The notes below the pieces were generated by a model. That model saw only the letters and a list, made by a program, of their open reading frames with translations, was not told the DNA's origin and did no database searches. The position numbers and the translations under genes were made by a program. DNA of 64,000 bases from the human T2T-CHM13v2.0 reference genome, Homo sapiens. Shown in pieces: positions 39,401-53,270 of this stretch (position 1 is the first letter of the stretch; each line of letters opens with the position of its first letter). Where the stretch lies: the NCBI RefSeq assembly GCF_009914755.1, contig NC_060928.1; one strand, given 5' to 3'.

Positions 39401-39511
39401 ATGAAAACGTTTAAAGTATTCCCTTCCTTAGTATGGTATAAGAAAGTTTAATTTGCATAGTCACTAATGTTGTTGTTGCAAATGTCCTATGCTCCCTTAG
39501 AAAAGGAGAAA

Positions 39512-39548
39512 ATGAGACATTTCTAATGTCTTATTAGAAATGTCTCAT
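39512..39548. repeat. Perfect inverted repeat (16-bp arms, 5-nt loop)
   Basis: atgagacatttctaat-gtctt-attagaaatgtctcat. Confidence 0.92.
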
Positions 39549-39599
39549 GTCTCTAATGTCTCATTAGAAATGTACTTCATTAGAAATACTAGCTCAGTT

Positions 39600-39920
39600 G
39601 GCTGGATGCGGTGGCTCACGCCTGTAATCTCAGCACTTTGAAGGGCCAAGGTGGGCGGGTCACTTGAGGTCAGGAATTCGAGACCAGCCTGACCAACATG
39701 GCAAAACCCTGTCTTCACTAAAAATACAAAAAAATTAGCCGGACGTGGTGGCACACACCTGTAATCTCAGCTACTTGGGAAGCTGAGGTAGGAGAATTGC
39801 TTGAACCCGAGGAGGTACAGGTTGCAGTGAGCTGAGACTGAGCCACTGCACCCCAGCCTGGGTGACAGAGCTAGACTCTGTCTCAAAAAAAAAAAAGAAA
39901 AAGAAAAAGAAAAAGAAAAA
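39600..39920 (+). mobile_element. AluS (Sx/Sq-like)
   Basis: Full-length sense Alu with (A5G)n tail; actagctca on both flanks. Confidence 0.95.
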
Positions 39921-41194
39921 ACTAGCTCATAGGATTCTCCACTGATGCCATGTTTGTTGCTGATCCTCTCCCTGTAGCCACTTTTTAAACTTATTCATGT
40001 AATGAGAAAATTGCAAATTTTTTTAATACCCCTTTGAGTATGTCAGTGATTGTGCATCTATGACAAAATACATCTTCCCTAGACCAAATGTGACAGAATC
40101 TGTTGAGCAAAGTGCTGCATGCACAGAAACAGAGAAGGAGCAGGTTCAAGAGAATGTGTTCCAGAGATTCAAGAAACACTATTTATTGGCAATTTTGTCT
40201 AGATCTGATTTGTTTAAATCTGAATCATAAGACAGCCTTGATATCAAGTAATTACTTTCCTTTAGATCAAGGTTACTAAGGGAAATAGTCTTGACTTTGA
40301 ACTACATAGCTGAAGTAAAAAGGGAACTTGTTTTACAGATAAGTAGCCTCAAGGCAAAGGTAGGATGAGAGACAAAAGTTTCATTGATAGAGAAATAAGG
40401 CTTGCAAGTGGCCCCCCCTTTAATGCCTTTATGCCTTTTTGAAAGGAATTCTACATCTTGCAAACTAAACTGACTGAACATACCTCTGAGATTAATCACT
40501 GGAGTTGTCAAAAAAGCCTTCTCTAAACTATTTTAAGAAGACCTTGGGTATCATCTAACTCATTCCCTCACTGACTCATTTGACTCAGCTGTCACTCATA
40601 CCATGTAGAAAGAACCTGAAATGTTCCCTCATTTACTTCTTACAAAAACCCCATTTTACTAATGAAGTAAATGAAGTTTAGTAATATTGAACATATTTCT
40701 CAAGATTACCTACCTGGCAAGTTGGTAGGTATAAGCCACAATGCAAACCCTGGTCCGTTGAGCCAGTGCTTTATTCTTTTGGCTCACTATGGTTTGGGGA
40801 TTGCTTTACTAGTATGAGTGTGGGGGACTTCCACCATCACTGCCACTCACTGGAGTTTCAATGCTTTATGCTCCTTTGTTTGGGCATAAGAGTGTCACAG
40901 AAGCATGTCCTGATGGTGTTCGTATGGAATAAGTCAGATGAGGGTGGAGCAAAAGCTCAGGATTCTAATGACCTTGAACTCTGTTGCATGTCACTGGTGA
41001 TGGTAGTGGCTGTTGACACAGGAAAGAGTGAACCAAGGGGAAACTGACTTGCACCAGGCTCTTGAATGAAGTATTGGATGGTGTTGACTCAAATGATATT
41101 TGAACAGTCTGCAGAGGATGACTCAGCTCATACACAACTCCTAGGTGCTTTTTCCTGTCCATGTTGCCTATTTAAGTCGGGTGACACTCTAGAC

Positions 41195-41346
41195 CATTGC
41201 TATTCTAAGTGCGCAGCTTTGTTACACCTGGGAGCTTGAAAGAAATGCAAAATCTTGGGCTCCAATCCAGGCCTCCTGAATCAGTGTTTGCATTTTAATT
41301 AGATTCCCAGTTGATTGATATGCACATTAGATTTGAGAAGCACTCC
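41195..41346. mobile_element. MER5A MITE
   Basis: cacctgggagcttgaaagaaatgcaaaatcttgggc...ctgaatcag...tgcattttaa...atgcacattagatttgagaagcact. Confidence 0.78.
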
Positions 41347-42155
41347 AGTGTGTTGCTCCTATACAAGCTTGAGATACAAGAAATCTTTGTGAGGCTGTCT
41401 ATGGTCTCATCTGTATAGGCCTCCTGACAAACTGTCAATCTAGCTGCTGTTCTGGGAACCTGCCTAGTAAACAGAACTGAGGTTTCCACTCCTTTGGAGA
41501 CAGCAATCCTTCTATTCCCATTACCTACCCCCTGTCTCCTCTTTCCAGCTCATAGGAATTTTTAGTTTCTACTCTGTGTGGGCCCTAGCCTCTTTCTAAC
41601 GTTTGTCCTAAACATTTCCTCCATTTTTGCTTAGGTCCACTAAGGGCTTAAATGCTTTTGGAATGAAAGAACCTGAGAGATTAGAAATCTACCTCTGATT
41701 TCTACCTTGCCTCAGCCTTGAGCTGAAGCATTTAAATAGAACTAATTTCCTACCTGAATTAGGAAAAAATAAAGAAGTAAATGGGGAACATGATTAATTT
41801 ATCAAAGAAGTATTCAACCACACTTACATCTGATACATATGTTTGAAGCATGTTCTCAACAGCATATTTCTGCTCATGTCATTGCAGTTTGTAGATTTCT
41901 ATAAACAAAGGCCTATGCCTTTCTACCTTGCATTCACATAGATGTTAGAAACATACCTGGATAATTCTGACTAACTTAAAACACCTCTGGCTCTGAGATC
42001 ACTCAGCTAGGAAGTGAGCACAATTCCTTACACTTTGAGCTTATGGGGAGGCTGACCAGTCTAGAGAATAGCAGTGAGTGTGCTGATACTCATCACTTAC
42101 TGTCTGTCACAACTCTGTCACTTACTGCCTAACTGTCACTTATACCTGAGAGAGA

Positions 42156-42457
42156 TTGTTTGTTTGTTTGTTTGTTTGTTTGTTTTTGAGGCAGGATCCC
42201 ACTCTGTAATGGAGGCTGGAATGCAATGGCACAATCATAGCTCACTGCAGCCTCCAATTCCTGGGATCAAGTGATTCTCCTGCCTCAGCCTCCTGAGTAG
42301 CTGGAACTACAGGTATGTGCCACCACACCTAGCTAATTTTTTTTTAAGTAGAAACAGGGTCTCTATGTTGCCCAGGCACTGGTCTTGAACTCCTGAGTTC
42401 AAGAGATCCTCCTGCCCAAAGTGCTGGGATTACAGGTATGAGCTACCGTGCCCAGCC
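42156..42457 (-). mobile_element. AluJ with (TTTG)n tail
   Basis: J-type atcatagctcactgcagcctc and gatcctcctgcc; tgagagag on both flanks. Confidence 0.9.
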
Positions 42458-42746
42458 TTGAGAGAGTTTTCATGTAAATGTTACTACAGTATCTGTCATA
42501 TGGCATGCCTGATAAAGTTGAGCTTCTGTTATCATTTCTGAATTACTACTCATGAAACATTGATTTTCACCTGCGGCAACTGAAATACTATGAATACTAA
42601 TCTAGACTTTTAGTTTTGAAAATTATTATATAAAATTTTTGGTTGGCACCATCATCATAATACTATGTTTATTAAGCATTAACTGTGTGTCACATTCTCA
42701 TACATTATCATGCATATTCTTCACAATTCTTGGGAGACTGTTTCTA

Positions 42747-43126
42747 TGTGTATCTTGCTTTTTCACCAAATCACCAAACTTATTTCTTCTTTTCCTGGGC
42801 ACACAACTAGAGACTAGATGGGAAGCCACCTTTGCATGTTGGTGTGGCCACGTAACTAAATAAAGTAGAATGTGTGAGGAAAAAAGATTTTGCTACCATG
42901 AGGGCTGGCCCATTAACACTCAGCATATTCAATCCCACGTTCTTTCCTTTTCCATAGAAACCTGAGAATTATATGGTAAAGATGGAGGAGCTACAAGTAA
43001 GGGGGAGTCACCCAGTGGAACAGGAACAACCATTTTAAGTTTTACTTAAGTGAGAAATAAATCCCTAGTGTGTTAACTTTCTGGCATGTATTTGTTACAG
43101 GAGCCAATCTGACCTTAATTAATTCA
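42747..43126 (+). mobile_element. MLT1J-like MaLR LTR
   Basis: ttcctgggcacacaactag...ggtgtggccacgtaact...agtgagaaataaa...tatttgttacag. Confidence 0.65.
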
Positions 43127-44989
43127 CTTAAGAGGTTAAGTAGTTTATCTAAAGACACACAGCTTATAACTGGGGACAGCATATACCAGATCTCCAAAGT
43201 CAGTCCTGTCAATCATTAAAGCTTATTGGCAGAGAAAACCAAAGTGGTTCAGGTGTAGCCACCTGCCAAGTTATGCAGAATGGGAAACACTAGAAAGGGA
43301 GGAGGCTGAAAATACCTGAACTGTATTGTTTTAGGAAGGAAGTGCATGAAACAACCAATGTATGAGCCCTGAGAGTTTCCCACAGCTGTCATCACATCAT
43401 CTTGGGCAATGCCAATTTATTAGGAAAGCAATTTTGCCTCAAGGTCTTGTCATTGATTTTCTGAAGCCTATTGTCAGTTTTACTTCTCTCTCTATGGGGG
43501 TATTGAAACAGTGACTTGTATGTTTGAAGCCTCTAATGAGGTGGTAATGGTCTTATAAACTCTCTATGGAGCTCTCACACCTCTAATTGAGAATCAGGCT
43601 TGAGACTGGGGAAAGCCCAGGAAGTATTCTCAGGTTGCATGCTCATGATGGCAAATGTTTTCTCAGAAGGCTCATGGGGCATCATTCTCTCTACCAAAGC
43701 CTTAAAGAATTAGGGCAGGCCTAACTCTACTTGGTTGAACAGAAGCTGTACATCCAAACATGAAAAACAACACCTATAATAACAACAAAGAACACATGCC
43801 TGGCACATTACTGATACCAAAGCACTTTGAAACATATAGTTTCAGTGCTCCTGGAATATATGCATTGAGATGATCTCTATTTTATTGATGAGATTCCTAA
43901 GAATCGGTGAAGTTAAGTGGCTTTACAAGAGCAGAATAAAATGAGGTGTAAACACTGTCCTCTTAACTCCAAATCCATCATAAAGCTATTGCAGCTCTGT
44001 GTGTCTAAATTCTCAAAGATTCTAGTAAGTTAACAGTAATACACATCAATGGGGCTGACTGTCACACTTTCAAAGGATGGAAGCTCACCTATAAACAAAA
44101 CATCTATAGCCTATGAGTAGGGGTCTGTCCCAGGCATCATCGCTGCTTGGTACACTCAGGAGCATTGTCCTCTTTCTGCCTCTGCCAGACTCAGGGGCCT
44201 TTCAGACCTGCCAGTCTGGTGCAATCGTAGCTTACTGCAGCCTCAAGCTCCTCTGCTTTGTCGTAATTATTTGGCTATGTATGAGGCAAGCAGTCAATAT
44301 GGCTTGTGTAATTAATTTTCCTAGCTGTAAAATCAGGAAGCAGAACTCTCCCAGGCTCTGAGCTTCTCTCTTCTGCTCAGGCCTCGACCTGACTAAAACC
44401 AACTGAAAGAACCCTGGCAGAGGGCAAGACAGCTTTCTCTGCTCTGCAACCCTCCCACAAGGCATATCCCAGGAATATGTACACATGCAAAGGGGAGCAT
44501 CAGGTTTGTTATTTTCAAAAGGCTCATTACCACCAGTTTCATCTCAAAACCGAACTGTGAATCTGTCTTCCCACCTTATAACAGTACATGGTTTAAAAAA
44601 AAATTCAAAGATGGGCTAAAAATACCTGAGCCAAATGCAGTGCTTCTGTGAGAAGGCTGAGCACACCGGTGACATCCATGGTGAAGGCAGTGCCAACATT
44701 ATATGCTACAAGTCACATCCTGATGAGTTAATTGCCCTAATTGAACATTAAGTGCAGTGGAGGAAAAGGGTATGCTAATGCATGAGACTTTACTTTTTCA
44801 CACATAAAATAAAACCCCAAATAGAGATTTAACATCTTAGAAAAACGTATGCAAAGATTACTTTAAAGGAAAAAAAGAATTGCTCAGATTTGCAGATGAG
44901 GATGTCTTGTGAATAAAATATAGTCATGTTTCATAGGTTTTAAAAGAAAAAAAGGACTATTTAGCACAGTCCTGTATCCTTCCCTTTCA

Positions 44990-45260
44990 GCATAGGCTAG
45001 AAAAGAGTAAGTGTCCTAGAATCAGGAAGACCTAAGTTATAAATCCCTATGCCCCTCTTACTGATTATGTGGCAATTGCCAAGTTTATTAACTTCTCAGT
45101 CTTGGTTTCCACATATGTAAGATTGAGAATAATGCCTATGTCTCTCCAGCTGTTTTGAAAATGAAATGAAGCAATACAAACACACACATGCACACACAGA
45201 ACCTGGAGTCATACCTAGTACATTACAGATGTTTGGTAAATGTTGGTTCCTCCTTCACTC
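44990..45260 (+). mobile_element. MIR SINE
   Basis: ctagaatcaggaagacctaagtt...ccaagtttattaacttctcagtcttggtttccacatatgtaa. Confidence 0.65.
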
Positions 45261-45567
45261 TGCATTGCAGTGGGTTGAATCAAGAAATGGGTAGAATAAA
45301 GGAAAAGAAACATGTAGGGAAGAAGGGCATTGCAAAATCTGCCCAAAGGCTGGTCAAAATATTGGTACAGGAAACAGAAAAAAGTTCCTTTTCCTAAAAG
45401 CTTCTTCAAATGAAAACATAGTGGAATCCATTATTTTTTTCATTAGTTGAATTCTAGGCCTTCCTTAGGTGACCTCAAGTTACAACTAAAGGCGGGAAAA
45501 CAGCCAGTGATGATAAAACAGGTAATATTAATTTGCTAGATCAAATATGTGTTCTTTGAAAAAAATA

Positions 45568-45569
<2 letters not shown>

Positions 45570-45611
<42 letters not shown>

Positions 45612-45650
45612 GCATATATGTGTGTATATACATAGATACTAATATATATA
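45570..45650. repeat. (TA)n microsatellite
   Basis: About 17 perfect TA units plus a degenerate tail. Confidence 0.93.
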
Positions 45651-46332
45651 AAATACCAACATTTAAATAACTGAAAAATTGATTATAATAGAAGCATTCA
45701 AAATAAGTCCAGTGGGAAAAATAAAATTCTTACTTCAATTGCTGTTGCCTTAGAAAACCACATCTTGTCTCGCTATTTTGAGTTTTCCCCAGTATGTGCC
45801 CCAGGCAGGATCTGCAGGGTCCAGGACATGCAGAGGAAGCAAGCTCAAGAGCTCTGCATACTTAAGTAGGAAACCAGAGGTCCTGGGGGCGTTGCTGAAG
45901 GATAAGGAAGGACCTGTGCAGAGACTACAAAGAGTAGACAGGGGAAGATACAAAGTAATGTCTGTAAAGAACACAATGGTCAGAGAAAATTTTCTAGTGC
46001 TGATGTTGGCTGAGGGGTTCTTAAATCTGGGATGTGAATAGTACATATTAAACTGTATGCTGGGGCTGTATAGTAATCCTCCTTCATTGCCTTCAACCTT
46101 TAGAAAAACTCTATTCCACTCATTGCCTTCTGGTGCTACATTGAAATAAAGAGGAAGAGGTCCATTTTACCACTGGTTTTCTTCTCAATTTTTTTGAAAA
46201 GGGCAGTCCAAGCAAAGATGCAGAAAGGAACAAAAACGTGTCAACAAATAAGAAACTGGAGCAAGAGGTTACCAGGAGAAAAAAAGAGTCCCCTGAGAAT
46301 TGAATTCTTGCTAATTATGGGCTAGGTGCTTG

Positions 46333-46866
46333 TGTCAGGGCTCCCTAACATCATCCCTAGATTCAGTGTTTTGCTGCAAGGGTTCACAGGACTCAGCATA
46401 TAGTTCTACTCAGAGCTATAATTTATTACAGTTAAAAGATATAAAACAAAATCAGCAAAGGAAAAGGAACAGGAGGCAAAGTCCAAAGGAAACAAAGCTC
46501 CCAAGAGACCTCTCCCAGTGGAATCACACAGAATGTATTTGATTCCTCCAGCAACAAGTCATGACAATATGTGTGTACCAGAGAAGCTCATTAGAGACTC
46601 AGTGTTCAAAGTTTTTATTGGGGGTTGGCCATGTAGGCACCCTGTGCTTGGAACATATTGAAAATCCAGATTTTCAGAAGGAAAGTAGGTGTTCAACATA
46701 AACTACATTGTTTGCACAGTTTAGACACAGTGAGTCATTCTTAACATGAAATGTTGGGAAGCTTCCTGGAATCCAAGTTACCAGATGCCAGTCAAGAGCC
46801 AACCTTGCAAGCAGACTTTCTAAGGATGACAGACTCGGGCCTGCTTTGCTAACTCTTTTCTGCACA
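46333..46866 (-). mobile_element. ERVL solo LTR, MER68/MER77 group
   Basis: Minus-strand start TGTGCAGAAAAGAGTTAGCAAAGCAGGCC; ggactcagcatatagtt...aaaatcagcaaagg near the other end. Confidence 0.75.
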
Positions 46867-46974
46867 TAGCTCAAGACAGACAGTTTTTGAAATACTTTGA
46901 GAGAAGTATGACCCTCAAATCCTGGAGGACTAAAGATGCCAAGTGTCTGTTATTTGGGTTACACAAATATTTTA

Positions 46975-47175
46975 CAGAACTTTATTGTATAATGGGCACT
47001 ATTATTTATACATTAATTTTATCTTTGCAACAATACTGAGGAGTAAGTAGTGTTATTTCACAGATAGGGAATCTGAGGTTCATCAAGGTTTAGTAACACA
47101 TTCAGGGTGTCATGGAATTGTGTTTTAAACCCAGATCTACGGACTCTAAACTCACCACACTTTCCACTAATTCCC
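46975..47175 (-). mobile_element. MIR SINE
   Basis: ttcacagatagggaatctgaggttc...tttaaacccagatctacggactctaaa. Confidence 0.6.
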
Positions 47176-47281
47176 AATACCAACACCATTTCTCAGCTTG
47201 GAACTTAAATTCTCATCTTTACCTCTAATCTACCCCTTCGAGAGCGCTGTTCCCAAACCTGCCTAAATCCAATAACGCGAC

Positions 47282-47522
47282 TATGGCAGATTGTATTTCT
47301 GAAAAATGGTACCAAGAATGTTTAGAGCTCCACTTGCTCTTCAATCCTTGCCATTTTCCAATCAGGGTGTGAAACCCATATCCCCCACCCTTGAACCTGG
47401 CCAGCATTTATGACTGGCTTAATCTATAGAATGTAGCAGAAGTGATGCTGTATGGTGCAGTTGCCAAGGCTGGGTAGTAAAATGCTATAATGTGTCCCTC
47501 TGGCACACTCTTGCTTTCTCTT

Positions 47523-47563
<41 letters not shown>

Positions 47564-47933
47564 GTACACCTTGTAGTCTGAACTGACAAGTAAAACATAC
47601 AGCTACCTGCTACCCTGAAGCAACCATGCTGAAAAAATCATATGAAAAGACCACACAAAGAGAGACAGAGATATCCCAGAAGCCTCAGCCTCCAGCTATT
47701 TGCTTCTGCACAAACAAGGCACCTGAAATGCAAGTGAGTAAAACTCAGATTATTCCCAAATCTAGCCTTCCAACCACCCCGGCTAATGCCCAGTGGAACA
47801 GAAACAGACTGTTCCCACCAAGCCCTGTCCAAATTACAGACTCATGAGATAAGTAAATGCTGTTCTTGTTTTAAGCCACCTACATTGTTTAAGTTTCAGT
47901 AAGGCTCATTATGCATCAATAGATAACAGTGAC
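47282..47933 (+). mobile_element. MLT1G/H-like MaLR LTR with internal (CT)n at 47524-47560
   Basis: cccttgaacctgg...atagaatgtagcagaagtgatgctg...aagccctgtccaaattacagactcatgag...ttttaagcca...caatagataac. Confidence 0.8.
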
Positions 47934-48011
47934 ACTGACAGGACAGCAGCTATATATGTAAGAAAAAGTGGGCATTTAGATATAGTTTTAAAAATTCAAA
48001 TATATACATAA

Positions 48012-48383
<372 letters not shown>

Positions 48384-49701
48384 GACAAAACATTCTTAAT
48401 AAACATAGTGCCAATAAGCAACATAATAATAAATCTGAATTTCTGAAAATAAATGTAAATTTTGAACTTTTTACATTACTAAGGAGAAAATTATTTTAAT
48501 ATTTTCAGACAATAAATCATATTTAAGTAGGGTCTTGTTAGTCCAATAATAAGTACCTGTCACCAAAGAATTGGGCATATGACCTCATTTAATGAAGGAG
48601 TTTCCTTCCTGGCAGACATTAGCTCCTCTGTCTGTTATATAACATCTGTTATAACTTAAAGGGCTGGGCCTCTTGAGAGGTAAAACAATTAGACCACTTG
48701 GAAAGTGGAGTCTGACCCCTGGGGGCTGAGAAGTGCTAGAAACGCATCTTTGGTTGGACAGAAAGTGACAAGTCAGGAAAACGGGGCTTTGGAGCCAGCA
48801 CTTGAGGGTAGGAAAATTCCTCGACACCTAAGCTGAGGGTGGCACAAGGTAAACTAATGGGAGGGCAAAAGAAAATAGGATGTTAATGAAGTGAGAGACT
48901 ATGGAGATTAGGTGTTTGTCATTACTGGAGAGAGAAAATAAAACAAGGGCATTCTACTCATCTCAGGATGAGCAGAGGTACTTCATCTACCTTTTCCGAG
49001 TAGGTCTCAGAGAAGCGACACTGCCAGAACTGCTTAAAAGTGGTTTCCCACTACTCAGTAGGGTGGCACCAAGTGGAGTTAACACACATGATGAGTCTCC
49101 AGAATACAGCCATACGCCCTTTTACCTGGACACCTGTAACCACACCTACTGCTGGGGAACAGAGGGAGAATTTCTCTTCTTATTCCATATTCATATGAAA
49201 CTGACCTTGCTGTTGACTTAGAAAGAATAGAATATGGCCTCAACCCAGAACACACACTAGCAGAGATAAGCAAATGGTGCTCTGCACATCTGGCTCTGTG
49301 GCCACATCTGTATGAAGGAGCCTGCAGGAGAGACCAACCTCATCTCATACCTTTTCTCCACGCTTGACCCAAGGTTTTTTAATTAAAATTAAACTTTTAT
49401 AGAAACTTCATAAAGTTCAGGGGTAGACTGTGAACCATAAATACAATAGAAAAAGTAAAATTTTCAGAACAAAAAAAGGAATTTTAATTATGATAATAAT
49501 TCCAACTGTTTTTCATCCACTGTTCACCCCCAACAACTCTCAAACCTCACTCCTACAATATCTTACAGCCTCCAAGGATTGACAGTGTTTATACACAAAG
49601 AAATGCTTTTTGGTTTTTAGAAAGTTTTGAAAACAATACCTCATGCTGTTTTATTGATCTGGCCTTTTAATGGTATTTAAATATTTCTTTTCATAGACTC
49701 T

Positions 49702-50010
49702 TGTGATATACAGAATTCTATGATTCTCCTCCCTTAATAATCCCACTCTTGGTATACACCCCCTAATAATCCCCCACCTTGAGTGTGGGCAGAACATGTA
49801 AACGTGATGGGATAGTCACTGCGTGATTGTTACATTACACCAAGACTCATGCAAAGCAGGCTAGAGAGAGCTTCCTATGGGCTTTGAAGACATAAGCAGC
49901 CACATTTTGAGAAGGCCACTGTGTAACATCTGAAGACAAATCTTAGGAGATTAGAGCAACCTCTGACCAATGACCAGCAAGAAGACAGGAACCTCAGTCC
50001 TACAACCACA
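49702..50010 (+). mobile_element. MLT1E-like MaLR LTR, 5' part
   Basis: taatcccccaccttgagtgtgggcag...tgatgggatagtcac...ggctttgaaga...cagcaagaagacaggaacctcagtcctacaaccaca. Confidence 0.78.
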
Positions 50011-50019
50011 TATATGTGC

Positions 50020-50150
50020 AACATCCTGGTGACTAAGTATTATTATTCCCATTCTACAGATGAGGAAACTGCAATCAAAAGAAGTTAATGTCACACAGCC
50101 AGTAACTGGAAGTTCTGGCATTTATATTTGTGTCTATCTTATATCGAATT
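50020..50150 (-). mobile_element. MIR fragment
   Basis: tattattattcccattctacagatgaggaaactg is the MIR core. Confidence 0.7.
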
Positions 50151-52657
50151 ATGTGCAGTTCTGGTTACATAAACATATCTTACAAATTCTAATTGGCCCT
50201 ATTAGTCTTAGTTCACATCAAATTGCTCCTATTACTTACGGATAAATATTTACACCAGCCCTACTTACAAACAGTCACAGCACAGAACTTTGGGAAAGTC
50301 TGAACTTCAACCTGCACCCATGAAGAGTCATTGAAGAGATTTGCTTGTTGCTGTTTTCTTTTGTTTGAAAGGCATGCTATAATGGATTCAGTCTTTCAGG
50401 GAAATGCATATGGCCACAACTTCAAAGGACAGATTGGATAAAGGACTGGAGTCCCAGAGATCAGACAGGAGGTTATGAAACAGTCGTGGGATGAGGTATT
50501 GAAAACTTGGACAATAATGATGCAATAGAAATCAGAAGAAAAGGATATATGTGAAAAATCTTATGAAGAAACAATCAACAAGTCTTACTGGAGTGTAAGA
50601 TGACCTTCAGCTCTCCAGCTGAAAGGTGCAAAATTGATTCATCTGATAGTAAAAAGAGAAAAAAAAACAAATAATAAGAAGATTACTCTGCATAATATAT
50701 GCTCTTTCAATAGGTCTTAATTGTGACTAACAATACGAATACTACTAATAAAACATTTCTGCTTCGTAGATATGTTTTAGAAATCTCTGCTTAGATACAG
50801 TTAATGAGTCCAACACAATTTGGAGTGATTAAAGGTTGTATTGTCATTGTTTGTTTTTGAAATCAAATGCAAAGTACATAAACTTTTCTTGAGTTGTTCA
50901 CTATTTCCTTCAGAAAGTAAAGGAGAATGTCATTTTTGGCTATATCAAAAGAACTTGCTTATGATTACTTTGTGTTAAGGGAACAAGTACTCCTTCAAGC
51001 AAGTTGCCATGTGACTTCATGCTTGCACACATACACACACACATTCTCATTTACACGCGATCATACAAGGTTTCCCAGACCTGTATGATAAATAACTCGC
51101 TTCTTCAGTACTTTTCAGGAGTGCCATGAGGCTTGGTAAATGTAAATTATTATTTGTTGGACTGTCTTAATGTAGAAACACATGAGCAAAAGGGTCAGTA
51201 TTACAATAGGAAGACTGCTGACTTCACATATTTAAATAAATAATCTTAACATTGTTTCAGAGTTTCAGGGTTTTTGCAAACTTTTTGGCTCAACTCCATG
51301 TTTTAGCCTAGGCCAAGAAAATACAGAATTTACCATAGAGATGAAATTCTTTTACTTCAAGGAGAGAAATATGAAAAGAAACAACATTTGAAAAATGCTG
51401 ATGAAATGTAACTTTTTCTCATAATAATTTTTTGGCATTTATGACAAAGATCCTCTGTTACTTACAACTTCCAGTGATTTTCATTCTTGGCTTAGTTGTA
51501 ACCCAAAGAACTGACAGCGAAGGAATATTAATATATCTCTGAGCAGTGAGGGAGCTGTTCTTAAAGTGATACAAAGGCAATGAGAGTTTGGAACACCTCA
51601 TATTTCAATGAAATTCAATTTTCTCTTACAGGTTTCACTCAGTAGCAAGAAGGCACTCATATTGTTATGCTTAGATTCTAACAGCATTTATAAAAGAGTA
51701 AATACACTCTGCAATGTTTAGAGGTTTTGTGTTACTTGCAAATGTACTTTCTTCTTGTCCAGTTCCAGTGAATTCTAACCACTGAGGCAAGACCCCAGAC
51801 TTCCAGTGATTTGTAGAGAAGTATGTTACCAGTGGTTTTACGTATCCTTCATGTCTGAATCCTCTGAGTTTTGTGGAAGCATACTGCCAGGAATTTGCTT
51901 GCAGAAGGGAATAATACTTTACAGCAAATGATTAGAAGGCAAGAAGGGCAATTTCAATAGGAGAGTATGTCATAAATCACTGGAAATATGGACATTTTCT
52001 GGTATGGAGGCATTCAAAGGTTCAAGAAGCTTTATAAATTCTACAAATATTTAATACATTCCTATTGTGTGGCTGCCCTTCAAAAAGCTCCCTTCCTAGT
52101 CATGAAATCACCTCAGGCTATCTGAGGTCATAGGAGTTAGGAAACCTGAACCCTTTCTGTTAAATATTTGAGATACTGGGAAGAAAATAAAAAGGGAAAA
52201 ATTTTGTTTATAGCCATTGAGGTATCTCTGTGGTGCCTTGTAGAATCATTATCAGGGGTTCTCAAATCTGAGAGATAGTTCACAAAAGCATTTTCAATCC
52301 CCTTGTACGAATGTGGGTGCTGTTGTTATTGTTGCTCTTCTAGCAATCAATAAAAAGTCAAACATATTTTAAATATGGCAAGAGCTTGAGATAATTTGAA
52401 TTTTCCTAATAATACCATATTCTCTGAAAGAAGAACTTCAGCTTGTAGCAGGAAGGTTAGGGCACTCTGTTTCAAACTCAAGGTTTAGGAAAGATGTGAA
52501 TATAGGTGTTAGGAGAAAACGGTTCACTTTCAGGAGCCTCCATAGTTAATTACCTACTGATATCTGCTACATTTATCAAGGTTCCACTGCAGGTTGTAAC
52601 ATGGCTGAGAATTAATAAAAATCTGAATCTATTTAAGCCCAAATTGGCATCTCAACT

Positions 52658-53011
52658 TGATATGGTTTGGCTGTGTCCCCACCCAAATCTCAACTTGAAT
52701 TGTCCCTCCCAGAATTCCCACATGTTGTGGGAGGGACCCAGCAGGAGGTAATTGAATCATGGGGGCCAGTCTTTCCCATGCTATTCTCATGATAGTGAAT
52801 AAGTCTCACAAGATCTGATGTGTTTATCAGGGGCTCCTACTTCTGCTTCTTCCTCAGTTTCTCTTGCTGCCACCATGTAAGAAGTGCCTTTCACCACCCG
52901 CCATGATGCTGGGGCCTCCCCAGACATTTGGTACTGTAAGTCCAATTAAACCTCTTTATCTTACCAGTCTCAGGTATGTCTTTATCAGCAGCATGAAAAT
53001 GGACTAATACA
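52658..53011 (+). mobile_element. THE1A-type MaLR solo LTR, 354 bp
   Basis: TGATATGGTTTGGCTGTGTCCCCACCCAAATCTC...GGACTAATACA; 5-bp TSD CAACT (52653-52657 and 53012-53016). Confidence 0.95.
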
Positions 53012-53069
53012 CAACTATTCTGTCTATTGTATTTCAAGCCTACTCACCTAGATTAAGGGGAGAATCTCA

Positions 53070-53270
53070 GTTCATTTATTGGGTACTTTATCTATGTCAG
53101 ACAGAGTTTAACCATGTTATATAACCTCAGTAAATTCTTACAATAACACCATCAGGTATATATTATTAATATCCCCATTTTGTCAATATATAAGTGAGAA
53201 TCATGCTCAGTTATTGGTGATAAAGCTGGCACTTGAACATAGAAATTATCTATTAAGAGCTGATTTTCCC
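53070..53270 (-). mobile_element. MIR SINE
   Basis: catttattgggtactt...aattcttacaataacacc...aggtatatattattaatatccccatttt. Confidence 0.65.

Noticed and set aside
51618-51640. Strong plus-strand acceptor ttttctcttacag|g
   Set aside because: No convincing partner donor at exon distance, and it is followed by GTTTCA, which is not a good regenerated donor.
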